Shown here piece after piece: positions 54,160-63,157 of a stretch of 64,000 nucleotides of DNA (the stretch's first letter is position 1; each line of letters opens with the position of its first letter). Location of the stretch: positions 448,001 to 512,000 of the IMG/VR virus record IMGVR_UViG_3300037484_000435; one strand, given 5' to 3'. This DNA is from a virus (Duplodnaviria > Caudoviricetes). The position numbers and the translations under genes were made by a program. The notes beneath the pieces were generated by a model, which was not told where the DNA came from, did no database searches, and worked only from the letters and a program-made list of their open reading frames with translations.

Positions 54160-54513
54160 ATGGAGACATCACCCTATGATTATTTGTTGTCGAATGCTAT
54201 GTCCGTTTTGTCTGGAGACCACGGGGCAGAGATACTCGCTGGTTTTTCTACCCAAGTTGGTTTCCTTAAAGAAGTGTGCAAAAATTGTTTAATTGATTGT
54301 TACGGATGTATTGAAGATTGCCCCCACCCAGAGTGCTGGCCTGACGAAACAATTATGTTTAGCCCCACCCAAGAGCGTGTGGCTCTAGAGGGGTTCGTTT
54401 TTGGTACAGGAGAGGACAGGGGAAAAATGGCAGGCTATTTAATTGTCCGAGACAAAAAAGAAAATAAAATTTATTCCCGACCGTGCGTAATTACTTTACC
54501 GCGTGATAATTAA
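54160..54513 (+). CDS. Hypothetical protein
   Basis: RBS present. Confidence 0.65.
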   Translation: METSPYDYLLSNAMSVLSGDHGAEILAGFSTQVGFLKEVCKNCLIDCYGCIEDCPHPECWPDETIMFSPTQERVALEGFVFGTGEDRGKMAGYLIVRDKKENKIYSRPCVITLPRDN

Positions 54514-54715
54514 TTTCTTAGTAAAGACATCTAGTTATTAACTTTATTTTTTAGAGATGGATTTGTGTACTATATTAGTACTAGACGTCCAACAGGAAAA
54601 CCTAGTTATTATCTAACAAGGGAAATTTTATTTTTTAATTAATAAAATTCCCTGAGAGGTTCGAGGGTAATACATAACAGAGTGCCGAGGAGCTCTCGCA
54701 GGTTTACTATTACAA

Positions 54716-54889
54716 ATGACATTTCTTGAAGTAATGACACAATTTATTATCCCTGAACGTAACACAGAAATTAAACGTGAAAAGTGGGATGAAAAGGAAT
54801 GGTGGCATCTAAGTTCATATAAAATATACCACTTAACAAAAGAAGACATGGAAGCCACTGATTGGGAAATAAGGGAACGTAGACAGTGA
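54716..54889 (+). CDS. Small DUF2829/Tad2-like protein (57 aa, not in track)
   Basis: MTFLEVM...IKREKW...EDMEATDWEI; the MxF.E...R..W and D..A.DW.I ends are characteristic of DUF2829. Confidence 0.65.
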   Translation: MTFLEVMTQFIIPERNTEIKREKWDEKEWWHLSSYKIYHLTKEDMEATDWEIRERRQ

Positions 54890-55143
54890 AATTAAATATT
54901 GCTGTTAAAGAAAGAAAAGACCAGAGTCGCTGGGATTGTTTAGGTAAGGTGACCAAAGAATTACAGCGAGAAATAAAATCCAGAAATTTCAAAAATGAGG
55001 ACTCTCTAGAAATGTCATTCGACTCTTTGTGTATTGATGTGAGTATGCGTTTAGGAATAAACTTTGACATTATTGATGGGGAGTATATTTTTGATTTCAC
55101 AAATTTGTGGAGTAACCGAAATGAAACACAGGTTAACCATTGA
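54886..55143 (+). CDS. Hypothetical protein
   Basis: GTGA overlap with the upstream stop. Confidence 0.6.
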   Translation: MKLNIAVKERKDQSRWDCLGKVTKELQREIKSRNFKNEDSLEMSFDSLCIDVSMRLGINFDIIDGEYIFDFTNLWSNRNETQVNH

Positions 55144-55303
55144 TGTTGGTTTGAGTATAGAGGATGACGACCTATCACAACGTGCTTTTACAGATTTGGT
55201 CTTGGTCGAAAGTGAATTTGAGGATAGACTACGAGAGGCTATAATGGGGTCTCTGTTACAATTGTTCAAATCAGTAAAAGTGGAGGACCTACAAATTTAT
55301 TAA
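55121..55303 (+). CDS. Hypothetical protein
   Basis: GGAG RBS before ATG 55121. Confidence 0.6.
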   Translation: MKHRLTIDVGLSIEDDDLSQRAFTDLVLVESEFEDRLREAIMGSLLQLFKSVKVEDLQIY

Positions 55304-55659
55304 TGTCTAAAGAAATCGAAATAGTTGATAGGCATGCTTATCAAGAATTTATTTATTGTCCTTATTGCGGACATTGGCACGGGCAAGTCTCTGGGTGGGA
55401 AAACTGGGGAATGGTTTTTCACGTAATATGCGAGAGATGCTCCTATGCTTTTGTGGTCAGCATTATACAGCTGGTGGTGCTGGATGAGGGAGACCGAGCG
55501 TGGTTAGGTATAGGGTTTGACTCAGAGCGGGATGACACACACTTTTTTAATCGAGACCAGTCGTTCAGTCCCACGGGAAGATTAGTAAAACACAACCCCC
55601 CTATACAAAATATTGCTAGGTCTCTCGCGGACGAACTCGATAAATTACTTTGGAGGTAA
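55303..55659 (+). CDS. Zinc-ribbon hypothetical protein
   Basis: CPYCG...CERC. Confidence 0.7.
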   Translation: MSKEIEIVDRHAYQEFIYCPYCGHWHGQVSGWENWGMVFHVICERCSYAFVVSIIQLVVLDEGDRAWLGIGFDSERDDTHFFNRDQSFSPTGRLVKHNPPIQNIARSLADELDKLLWR

Positions 55660-55663
55660 ACAT

Positions 55664-55837
55664 ATGGTAGCACGTTGTAAGAAATGTGGCGAGCTGATTT
55701 GGGTGACTGCGGAAGAGGTAGTTGCCAGAAAGATTCTTAAGTGCGGACATTGTAATTTTCTAAACGAAAACCCCAGTTTCGATTCGATCCATGATTTTAT
55801 CGAAGCCAATTCCCATCTGGACGAGGAAGACCGCTAA
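55664..55837 (+). CDS. Zinc-ribbon hypothetical protein
   Basis: CKKCG...CGHC; GGAGG RBS. Confidence 0.7.
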   Translation: MVARCKKCGELIWVTAEEVVARKILKCGHCNFLNENPSFDSIHDFIEANSHLDEEDR

Positions 55838-55847
55838 GAGGAAACAT

Positions 55848-56108
55848 ATGAAAATCCCTAAATCACCAAAAGATGCGTTGAAAAAGAAATGGGCCACCAA
55901 AGCTAGTAAACTATTGGTGGGCAAGAAAATAGTAAGTGTAGAATATATGAACACAGCCGATCTAGAGGAGCTGGATTGGTACCGTGCCTCGCTGGTTATT
56001 ACTCTGGATGACGGGACCAGTATCTACCCATCCCAAGATGATGAGGGTAATGGTCCTGGGTCACTTTTCACCACAGATGAGAAGCTCCCAATAATCCCTG
56101 TGGTATGA
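55848..56108 (+). CDS. Conserved phage hypothetical protein
   Basis: YPSQDDEGNGPGSLFT motif. Confidence 0.75.
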   Translation: MKIPKSPKDALKKKWATKASKLLVGKKIVSVEYMNTADLEELDWYRASLVITLDDGTSIYPSQDDEGNGPGSLFTTDEKLPIIPVV

Positions 56109-56124
56109 ACAGGAGCTACCACGT

Positions 56125-56310
56125 ATGAGTAAAATATACAGCATAGAAATAGAAACTCACCCAAGCATTGGCATGCGGGATGTTTCTGAGATTGTGGACG
56201 AGTGTATGTCGACCCTATACCCAACAATAGCAACCCATGTCAGGTTACTAGATATTACTGAGCGTGAAATTCCTGACGAGTTCGTCCTACGAGATATAGA
56301 GGAAGAATAA
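56125..56310 (+). CDS. Hypothetical protein
   Basis: AGGAG RBS. Confidence 0.6.
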   Translation: MSKIYSIEIETHPSIGMRDVSEIVDECMSTLYPTIATHVRLLDITEREIPDEFVLRDIEEE

Positions 56311-56513
56311 TGGACAACATCTTTAGGACTTTCAAGAATGACCCTATGTGGTTTTGGTCTACGGACTTGTGCGACGTGGAGATGACATGCTCGGCGTGTC
56401 AAAAGAAAATTAAATTGGAGAGCAGATTCATTAAACCCCTGCTTCCTAAGAAAATCACATGTCCTTATTGTGACACAGTGCACGAAATACAGGGAATAGA
56501 AGACCCTAAATGA
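56310..56513 (+). CDS. Zinc-ribbon hypothetical protein
   Basis: CSAC...CPYC. Confidence 0.65.
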   Translation: MDNIFRTFKNDPMWFWSTDLCDVEMTCSACQKKIKLESRFIKPLLPKKITCPYCDTVHEIQGIEDPK

Positions 56514-56533
56514 CCCACCATCAATGAGGAGGA

Positions 56534-56728
56534 TTGATGTTATCAGAACAAGACAAGAAAGTGTTGACAAAAGCTTTCAATCAAATACACAAGGAACTCG
56601 AAGTTATAAGGACTTTAACGGATTCCCTTGATGATGAAGTCGCCACCGAAATAACAAAAGAGCTAGAGTTTAACTTGTTAGCCCCCATCAGGCGGTTACG
56701 GGCCCACCTAGATATCCCCTTCGATTAG
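56534..56728 (+). CDS. Hypothetical protein
   Basis: GAGGAGG RBS. Confidence 0.65.
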   Translation: MMLSEQDKKVLTKAFNQIHKELEVIRTLTDSLDDEVATEITKELEFNLLAPIRRLRAHLDIPFD

Positions 56729-56737
56729 GAATGGTAA

Positions 56738-57124
56738 ATGCCGAAATTGCTAAGAAGAATGGGGCTCGCTGAACTAATTCTTAACAGAAGCCCCGTCACA
56801 ATAAAACAAATTAAGGATAATGATTCTTACTCGTTCGATAACACTATCATCGAGAATTTAGAGATTACCCAAGACAGAGCGTGCGGCTGCTACCACTTAA
56901 GGGGTCAAGAACATCTACACAAATTTGTGTGGGGAGACCTACATAACTCTGAAGTAACGGATTTAGAAATCATAAAAACCGTGGATGAAGAATTTGTAAA
57001 AGAGTATAATGGGAAAGGTTGGTTCTCCCCCGCTAACTACAAATACGTGAAAGGGTGGGTTCGCCTAAAGCAACGTAAACTTTTCAGTGCCACACTCTGT
57101 GGTGAGCTTTTAATTATTGATTAG
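56738..57124 (+). CDS. Hypothetical protein
   Basis: Packed operon ORF. Confidence 0.7.
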   Translation: MPKLLRRMGLAELILNRSPVTIKQIKDNDSYSFDNTIIENLEITQDRACGCYHLRGQEHLHKFVWGDLHNSEVTDLEIIKTVDEEFVKEYNGKGWFSPANYKYVKGWVRLKQRKLFSATLCGELLIID

Positions 57125-57137
57125 AAAGGAAAACAGG

Positions 57138-57470
57138 ATGTGTATACCACCGGTTTCAGACATCATAAAGGAAAACCCCAACCAAGTACAGAAATTGGTT
57201 AACGCGGGGCGAAGAAGGTTAATGGAGGAGCACCTGTTCAAATACGGCAAGTCCCCCAAACCAGGAAACAAGTATGAATTATGCTCTTGGGAATTCACCA
57301 ACAGGGATAAAATGACTAAAGAATTTATTGAAGAGGTCCTACAACAATTGACACAAGAATTACTAGCTCTCGGTTACTTAGTTACAAGGGGAACCTATAA
57401 TCACACAAATATTTACGGGCAAACATATGACAAGAGCCCCACACTTATTATTGAGGTGCCAATAAAATGA
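57138..57470 (+). CDS. Hypothetical protein
   Basis: AAAGGA RBS. Confidence 0.65.
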   Translation: MCIPPVSDIIKENPNQVQKLVNAGRRRLMEEHLFKYGKSPKPGNKYELCSWEFTNRDKMTKEFIEEVLQQLTQELLALGYLVTRGTYNHTNIYGQTYDKSPTLIIEVPIK

Positions 57471-57658
57471 TACTGCGAATTGAAATAGGAGGAATGGCTA
57501 AAGAGAAGTCGGCTATAGACAAAGCGAAACAGGTCTTAGATGGAATCGATTGGCTTGAGCTGATTGGGGAAGAGGTAAGGGAAATTTCTCCCTTCAAGAA
57601 GGCAATTGAGGGTGTGTATGTAAACACAAACGTGGATGGTTACAACGGGACTAGATAG
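57467..57658 (+). CDS. Hypothetical protein
   Basis: ATGA overlap. Confidence 0.6.
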   Translation: MILRIEIGGMAKEKSAIDKAKQVLDGIDWLELIGEEVREISPFKKAIEGVYVNTNVDGYNGTR

Positions 57659-57686
57659 AGACACAACCGCAAATTAAGGTACGAAA

Positions 57687-57953
57687 ATGGATTTATATTG
57701 TCAAAAATGTGGTGAACCGTGGGATATGGATTCCCTATGGGACTTTGAGGAAGATGATTACAAAGGTGCACGTAAGGACTTTATTAAAGGTAAAGGCTGT
57801 CCATCGTGCTCTTGGGGAAGTAAAGCCCCCGCCAAAGCTCCTTCGGAAGCCAGAGCGACAGCAATGCTCGTGGGTGTGCTCGGGGATGATATTGATGGTG
57901 TAGCGTGCGAACTGGAGGACCTAGAATACTTTGGTCGGATGGGAGATTTTTAA
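57687..57953 (+). CDS. Conserved phage hypothetical (CxxC pairs)
   Basis: MDLYCQKCGEPWD...GCPSC. Confidence 0.75.
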   Translation: MDLYCQKCGEPWDMDSLWDFEEDDYKGARKDFIKGKGCPSCSWGSKAPAKAPSEARATAMLVGVLGDDIDGVACELEDLEYFGRMGDF

Positions 57954-57957
57954 CCAT

Positions 57958-58398
57958 ATGAATGTGAAGGACAAAAAAGAGGAACTCCAAGAAAAAATCC
58001 GTGAGTATCAGGCAGAACTCCAAAGTGTGGAATCTATTGAGGACGACATTCCTGACTTAGAAACAGGTTATGATAGGTGGTCTCACGAATACTATACAGC
58101 CAAATCAGTAAATACCCGAGTGACTAACGCTCTCTTTAAACATAGTTGTGGTTGCTGTGATGACGCACCACTTCGAATGTGGCCTTATGTTATTCTTGAG
58201 GGAAAACAAATATACTCTTCCCCAATGTACTTCACAATAGGGGAACAGTGCCCCAACTGTTTTGAGAACGTAGCTTACAGCGGGTGGGAAGAGGAGTTAC
58301 ACAAAGCCGGTATACCTGAATCTGTCATAGACATAGGCCGTAATTATTTCAAAGAGAACGGTTGTGATGGCCATTGTTATGATGACGACGAGGATTAA
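57958..58398 (+). CDS. Hypothetical protein
   Basis: GGGAG RBS; HSCGCC motif. Confidence 0.7.
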   Translation: MNVKDKKEELQEKIREYQAELQSVESIEDDIPDLETGYDRWSHEYYTAKSVNTRVTNALFKHSCGCCDDAPLRMWPYVILEGKQIYSSPMYFTIGEQCPNCFENVAYSGWEEELHKAGIPESVIDIGRNYFKENGCDGHCYDDDED

Positions 58399-58403
58399 TC
58401 AGA

Positions 58404-58562
58404 ATGATAATCTATGAATGCTGGAACTGTGGGCGGAAGTTAGAAGAGGATGACGACAAAGAAGAAGTCACCGAAAGTAGCGAGATGAACTTCTGCCACG
58501 CAAAATGTGCCGAGGATTGGCTGTTCGACGATGAGGACGAAGAGGAATACTATGGTAGATGA
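58404..58562 (+). CDS. TRASH/zf-FCS-like mini-protein (52 aa, not in track)
   Basis: CWNC...FCHAKC. Confidence 0.6.
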   Translation: MIIYECWNCGRKLEEDDDKEEVTESSEMNFCHAKCAEDWLFDDEDEEEYYGR

Positions 58563-58755
58563 GGGAAGTGGAATATTTTGTTGCAATTGTGACAAGGAAG
58601 TTGATGAAAAAGACGTCATCATGATGGACTTCGGGGCTATTTATGAGTTTTGCAGTGAAGATTGTTTTTTCGCCTGGGATGCAGATAGACTCGGGAGCAT
58701 GATAGACGATGCACATGAGAGGGCTAGAGATGGTAGACTATCCGACCCCCGCTGA
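58552..58755 (+). CDS. TRASH/zf-FCS-like mini-protein
   Basis: CCNC...FCSEDC. Confidence 0.65.
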   Translation: MVDEGSGIFCCNCDKEVDEKDVIMMDFGAIYEFCSEDCFFAWDADRLGSMIDDAHERARDGRLSDPR

Positions 58756-59131
58756 TTATAAGCAGGAATGCAACACAAACTACAATGATGAAGAACCTCA
58801 CTTTTGTCGAGGGTGCCACGAAGAAATCGAGGACTGGGATGAGGCGCAAGAGAGGAACTGGAGAGGTGAGTGTTATCTCTTCTGTTGTTATGATTGTGCT
58901 GAGGATACGCCCATAGACTGGATGGACGAGGAACGCTCAATGGACTATGACCCTCAAGACAGCTATAATCTGTGCGACTTCAGGGACCCGGGCGGCCGGT
59001 CTGCCTTAAGGAATGGCCCCCGCATCTATCCGTGTCCTAATTGCGGAGAACCAAACATGTTAACCCCAGCAGACAAAGCACACGGTTATCAGTGCGATGC
59101 CTGCGCCGACCAATTGGAAAGAGGTTGGTAA
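58730..59131 (+). CDS. TRASH-like plus second zinc-finger protein
   Basis: CRGC...FCCYDC and CPNCG...YQCDACAD. Confidence 0.7.
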   Translation: MVDYPTPADYKQECNTNYNDEEPHFCRGCHEEIEDWDEAQERNWRGECYLFCCYDCAEDTPIDWMDEERSMDYDPQDSYNLCDFRDPGGRSALRNGPRIYPCPNCGEPNMLTPADKAHGYQCDACADQLERGW

Positions 59132-59454
59132 TGAAAAAGTTGGGATTTTGTCACACGTGTAAACAGTGGTATGATCTAGGTAAGAGCAGTTGGCTACCGG
59201 ATCACAATAAGCCTGGTGGCGAGAAATGTCCAGACTCTAAGTATAGCCACTGGGGCCTTAAATATCAACTTGAAAACAGGGCTGACGCTATAAAGATGGC
59301 CAAAATAATAGCAAGTGACAAAGGTGGCTGTCTGGAGAGCGGTGGCGGCCTGCATTCCATGGGGTGTGGTGACGGTGATCACTGTGACGCAACAAGGCTC
59401 AGAAGGTCCCAAGCACTGGCTGATTACTTCTTAGCCAACAACAAAAAGGAATAA
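59131..59454 (+). CDS. Hypothetical protein (Cys/His)
   Basis: GAGG RBS before ATG 59131. Confidence 0.65.
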   Translation: MKKLGFCHTCKQWYDLGKSSWLPDHNKPGGEKCPDSKYSHWGLKYQLENRADAIKMAKIIASDKGGCLESGGGLHSMGCGDGDHCDATRLRRSQALADYFLANNKKE

Positions 59455-59457
59455 ACT

Positions 59458-59829
59458 ATGGAATGTCCTGAATGTGGGTCTCCTTATGTAGGAGACAGGT
59501 GGATGTCTGGAAGAAGACTTCAGAGGCACTGCGAGGACTGTAGCTGGAAAGAAGCACCGCGCACGCCAGAAATACAACCAATTGAAAATAAGAGGTTCAT
59601 CGCAGCCAACCAATTCTCTGGTTTTCACTACGAAATCTACGATAGGTATGGACACGCGGTAATATTTTCAAGATCTCACGAAACAGCCGAGAAAGCAAGA
59701 GCTGAACTACTTAAAGATCTCGGCAAACTGAACCGACACCCCAACTATGCTCCCTGTACGGGCATCCTCTGGCCTGCCGTGGTAGAGGTAGTTGGGGAAG
59801 TAGTTCGAGCGAATGAGGAAACAATATGA
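59458..59829 (+). CDS. Zinc-ribbon hypothetical protein
   Basis: MECPECGS...CEDC. Confidence 0.7.
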   Translation: MECPECGSPYVGDRWMSGRRLQRHCEDCSWKEAPRTPEIQPIENKRFIAANQFSGFHYEIYDRYGHAVIFSRSHETAEKARAELLKDLGKLNRHPNYAPCTGILWPAVVEVVGEVVRANEETI

Positions 59830-60164
59830 ATAATAAACAGTTCACACAATTTCTTGCTAGAATAGCGAGATTTCCTAACTCACAGATTTGGATATCCGCT
59901 AACCCACATGAGGAACAGACATTAGCCTCGTGTTATATCTACCCAGTGTATGACGGAACATGGGCAATTTACAATCCCTGTGGAGTAACAAGATTTCCCT
60001 GCATGCAGGGGCCTCCTGGGGTGGAAGGCCTGAGCTTGGAAGAGGTGTTTGAGTGGGTTGTAGATAAGGAAACGTGTAAAGAAGGGCTACACAAAATGCT
60101 TCAATCCAAGTTAATGGAGTTGCAGAAAGCAAAAGAAGCAGAGAGTTATATAGGTGGGTTGTGA
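59826..60164 (+). CDS. Hypothetical protein
   Basis: ATGA overlap. Confidence 0.65.
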   Translation: MNNKQFTQFLARIARFPNSQIWISANPHEEQTLASCYIYPVYDGTWAIYNPCGVTRFPCMQGPPGVEGLSLEEVFEWVVDKETCKEGLHKMLQSKLMELQKAKEAESYIGGL

Positions 60165-60361
60165 TGGAATGCCCTATTTGTGGAAGAAGTGATGTGTTTG
60201 AAGATACAACTGTGTGGTGCGATAATTGTAAGGAATGGGTAGACATAGAAGATTACCACACAACACTGGAGCAAGAGAACCTGAGGTTAAGAGAAGAAAA
60301 CGAAAAACTCCAAAGTGAGATAGACTTCCTGCATGAGCAGGCCGCGGGGGCAAGTATATGA
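60161..60361 (+). CDS. Zinc-ribbon plus coiled-coil hypothetical protein
   Basis: CPICG...CDNC. Confidence 0.65.
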   Translation: MMECPICGRSDVFEDTTVWCDNCKEWVDIEDYHTTLEQENLRLREENEKLQSEIDFLHEQAAGASI

Positions 60362-60379
60362 CTAGGGAAGTGAAATAAA

Positions 60380-60586
60380 ATGCGTGTAATAGAAACTTCA
60401 AACAAACATCCAGAGGATAACTGGCTTGTTCAACCATGTGAGTCTTGCGGGCAACCAGTGTCCACATGTAAAGTGTGGGAGCACGCCCCCATGATACCTC
60501 ATTTGGTTCGTATGTTGCACTGGGTAAAGTGTCCCAGTTGCGGAATACTCAATTGGATGGAGGACCCAGATGTGCCTAGATGCTGA
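60380..60586 (+). CDS. Zinc-ribbon hypothetical protein
   Basis: CESCG...CPSCG. Confidence 0.6.
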   Translation: MRVIETSNKHPEDNWLVQPCESCGQPVSTCKVWEHAPMIPHLVRMLHWVKCPSCGILNWMEDPDVPRC

Positions 60587-60881
60587 CGATTACTGCCCAT
60601 ACGAAAATTTGAGCGAAGAGGAGAAGAGGTTGTGGGAAGAGTCTCAACACTATTGGGAAGGCCAGAAAGCACTTATGCCAGACATATGTGATATGTTTGC
60701 CCGCACCCTGCTCAACGAACTGCCCTTAGACACGGTGGTTTGGAAAACCTCTGGCACCCACATTTGGACAGCTGCAGAGTTAGCACAAGAGGTTCTCAAT
60801 AGAACGGATGTTGGGGTGCAGTATGTCTTTGATGTGCTTAGGGTAGCTAGGGACATAATAAAAAGGAAAGCAGATGCCTAA
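60570..60881 (+). CDS. Hypothetical protein
   Basis: GGAGG RBS. Confidence 0.65.
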   Translation: MCLDADDYCPYENLSEEEKRLWEESQHYWEGQKALMPDICDMFARTLLNELPLDTVVWKTSGTHIWTAAELAQEVLNRTDVGVQYVFDVLRVARDIIKRKADA

Positions 60882-61140
60882 ATGCAACGAATGCGGGCAG
60901 GAAATGCCCAAGAAGCTCAAAAAACCAAAGATAAATAAATTCAAAGGGTCGGAGGAGGATTGGCTAAAAGCTGCGGCTATTCTCGCCTTCAGTTATGTTC
61001 CGACGATTTACCACTGTGAACATTGTGAGTATCCCGTTGTTGATGGATACTGTTGTACAAACTGTGATTCAGAAAACCCAGGAGACTCGGACAGTGATGG
61101 AGAAAGCACACACTATCTATTTTCATGGCCCGAGGAGTAG
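60874..61140 (+). CDS. Zinc-finger protein, paralogue of the 62146-62544 C-terminus
   Basis: KFKGS...W...SY.P.IYHC..C.YPV..GY.C..C.S.NP. Confidence 0.75.
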   Translation: MPKCNECGQEMPKKLKKPKINKFKGSEEDWLKAAAILAFSYVPTIYHCEHCEYPVVDGYCCTNCDSENPGDSDSDGESTHYLFSWPEE

Positions 61141-61143
61141 ACA

Positions 61144-61386
61144 ATGTTACACGCAGAATTGCTGGATAATGCTTGTGCATGGGTTGGTTTCAGTGGAACA
61201 CTCCGCTCCAATGAGTGGACATTAGAAACTTTTGGGGAGAAAGACCCTGTACGTTATCCATGTATAGTCGTAACCAATAAGGAATTCGGTCCAGACCAAA
61301 GGGGAATTATGCATTACATCTTTATTTACTTAACAGATTTTTCTGTGGATTACCCCGTCGCGGGACAGTTGTGGAAACAGGCTTAG
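61144..61386 (+). CDS. Hypothetical protein
   Basis: GAGGAG RBS. Confidence 0.65.
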   Translation: MLHAELLDNACAWVGFSGTLRSNEWTLETFGEKDPVRYPCIVVTNKEFGPDQRGIMHYIFIYLTDFSVDYPVAGQLWKQA

Positions 61387-61388
61387 TT

Positions 61389-61592
61389 ATGAAAATATAT
61401 CAAATAATTAAGAATTGGACAACCTACGCCGACGCTTATTCTCGTGACCAGCGGCCCGAAAGCGGCCATTATGTAGTTAAAACATTTAAGAGCCGAGAAA
61501 AAGCAGAAGCATACAAAGAGAAATGTGAAGAAGAGCCTTACTACGGTGGATATCACACCTTCGAAATTGAAGAAATTAACGTGACAGAATAA
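61389..61592 (+). CDS. Hypothetical protein
   Basis: Packed operon ORF. Confidence 0.6.
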   Translation: MKIYQIIKNWTTYADAYSRDQRPESGHYVVKTFKSREKAEAYKEKCEEEPYYGGYHTFEIEEINVTE

Positions 61593-61603
61593 AGGACCAC
61601 AAA

Positions 61604-61819
61604 ATGAGAAAACTTGTAATGAAACCAGATAATTGGGTATGCACGTTAGAGGAGTGTCCGCCTGGATTCTTTGTCGTGGGAAAAAATTTGTGTTTCAAAA
61701 CAGAATACCGCAAAGAAAACGGACAAGTGAGGGCATTTAATGAGGCTGGAGAGTATTTCTGTAGTGAAGACGACAGAAAAGTAATGGTTCAACCAGTAGT
61801 GCCTGAATGGGAGGAGTAG
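61604..61819 (+). CDS. Hypothetical protein
   Basis: AAGGA RBS. Confidence 0.7.
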   Translation: MRKLVMKPDNWVCTLEECPPGFFVVGKNLCFKTEYRKENGQVRAFNEAGEYFCSEDDRKVMVQPVVPEWEE

Positions 61820-61820
61820 G

Positions 61821-62144
61821 GTGGCCAAGAAATTTTCTGAGCTAGAAAACAAAATGTCTCCTGAATCAAAGGCCCGCTCCGATGCAAAGTTAGAAGAGTT
61901 GAACCAAGAAATGGAAGCACCTTTTGGGCGGGCGGAAGGCAACGACCAAGAGCATTTCCGTGAGGCTACTTGTGAGGATGCCCTCGAAGCAATCTGGTTG
62001 GCGTGGAAGAAAAATGTAAGTGATGACGCTGTTTATGACACAGCAAATGAACAGGTAAATGTGCGTGTTAATCGCTACGTTTCTTTCCGAGCTTACGCAA
62101 AGCATGAGTCTTACAAGACTACAATAATAATCGAGCAATATTGA
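61821..62144 (+). CDS. Hypothetical protein
   Basis: GGAGGAG RBS; GTG start. Confidence 0.65.
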   Translation: MAKKFSELENKMSPESKARSDAKLEELNQEMEAPFGRAEGNDQEHFREATCEDALEAIWLAWKKNVSDDAVYDTANEQVNVRVNRYVSFRAYAKHESYKTTIIIEQY

Positions 62145-62145
62145 A

Positions 62146-62544
62146 ATGCCAAAAAAGAAAAAGAAATACAATATACCCGTGGGGTCTCTCGTAGCTGTTA
62201 AATCGTACGAGGGTATACAACTACGGGTTCTAGAACACTCAACGGATGATTTAGACCAGCCTGTGTATGTGTTGGGAATTCTGGGACTTACAAACCCAGA
62301 TTTTGAGCATATAGGTTACTCTGAGGATAGCCTGATACTATTGGAACTACCTCCAGAAGAACCTAAACCACCTAAAGTAAAGAAATTTAAAGGGAGCAAC
62401 CGAGCTTGGGATAAGGTAGCGTCTGAGCTGGCCCGTTCTTATGCTCCTGAAATTTATCACTGTGGAACCTGTGGTTATCCGGTGGCCAGAGGTTACATCT
62501 GTGTGTTTTGTAACAGTCACAACCCAGAGGTAGGAGGATGGTAA
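62146..62544 (+). CDS. SH3-like N-terminus plus zinc-finger C-terminus
   Basis: IPVGSLVAV..YEG...RV beta-rich start; C-terminal CxxC pairs. Confidence 0.7.
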   Translation: MPKKKKKYNIPVGSLVAVKSYEGIQLRVLEHSTDDLDQPVYVLGILGLTNPDFEHIGYSEDSLILLELPPEEPKPPKVKKFKGSNRAWDKVASELARSYAPEIYHCGTCGYPVARGYICVFCNSHNPEVGGW

Positions 62545-62891
62545 TGAATGCACAAGAAACTTACGGAAAGAAACGTATCCTCGCGATGCAATGTAGTCAA
62601 GAGGATGTAGCTCGTGTTCGTATACTTCTTGAGAAGCTCAGACTCAACACACAAGAGCAACTATTACTTCTACAGGAAAATCAGTTAGATAAATTTGGTT
62701 CCCACATTCTAACGAACGCATGGTTGGACGCGGGAGCTAGTCTAGAATTATATCCCGAGCGTCTACTGAAAAGCCTAGAGTATTCTATTGCGGAGCTCTT
62801 GAGGAGCTTAGAGAAGTTTAAAGAACTGGTAGAGGTGGTGGATGACTTCGCAACTCTTGACGAGGAAACAATTCAAAGCAAAAGTGTTTGA
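62538..62891 (+). CDS. Helical hypothetical protein
   Basis: AGGAGG RBS. Confidence 0.65.
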   Translation: MVMNAQETYGKKRILAMQCSQEDVARVRILLEKLRLNTQEQLLLLQENQLDKFGSHILTNAWLDAGASLELYPERLLKSLEYSIAELLRSLEKFKELVEVVDDFATLDEETIQSKSV

Positions 62892-63153
62892 GAGGGACAA
62901 CCACAAGTGCGTTGTGTGCGGGGCTCCAGCAGTAGACGCCCACCATATAATCGATCGTAAATCATGGCTAGACGGGGGCTATTATCTGGATAATGGTGTG
63001 TCCCTTTGTGGAAAACATCATTGGGACGCCGAACTCAATAAAATCCTGCCTGATGAGTTAAGGCAAATTATCGGAGTAGCTTGCTTACTTCCTCCTGATT
63101 TAGAACCTGGTTTCTCCTATGATAAATGGGGAAACAGAATACCTACGGAGTAA
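62842..63153 (+). CDS. HNH endonuclease
   Basis: VFERDNHKCVVCG...DAHHII......DNGVSLC..HH. Confidence 0.85.
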   Translation: MTSQLLTRKQFKAKVFERDNHKCVVCGAPAVDAHHIIDRKSWLDGGYYLDNGVSLCGKHHWDAELNKILPDELRQIIGVACLLPPDLEPGFSYDKWGNRIPTE

Positions 63154-63157
63154 ATCT

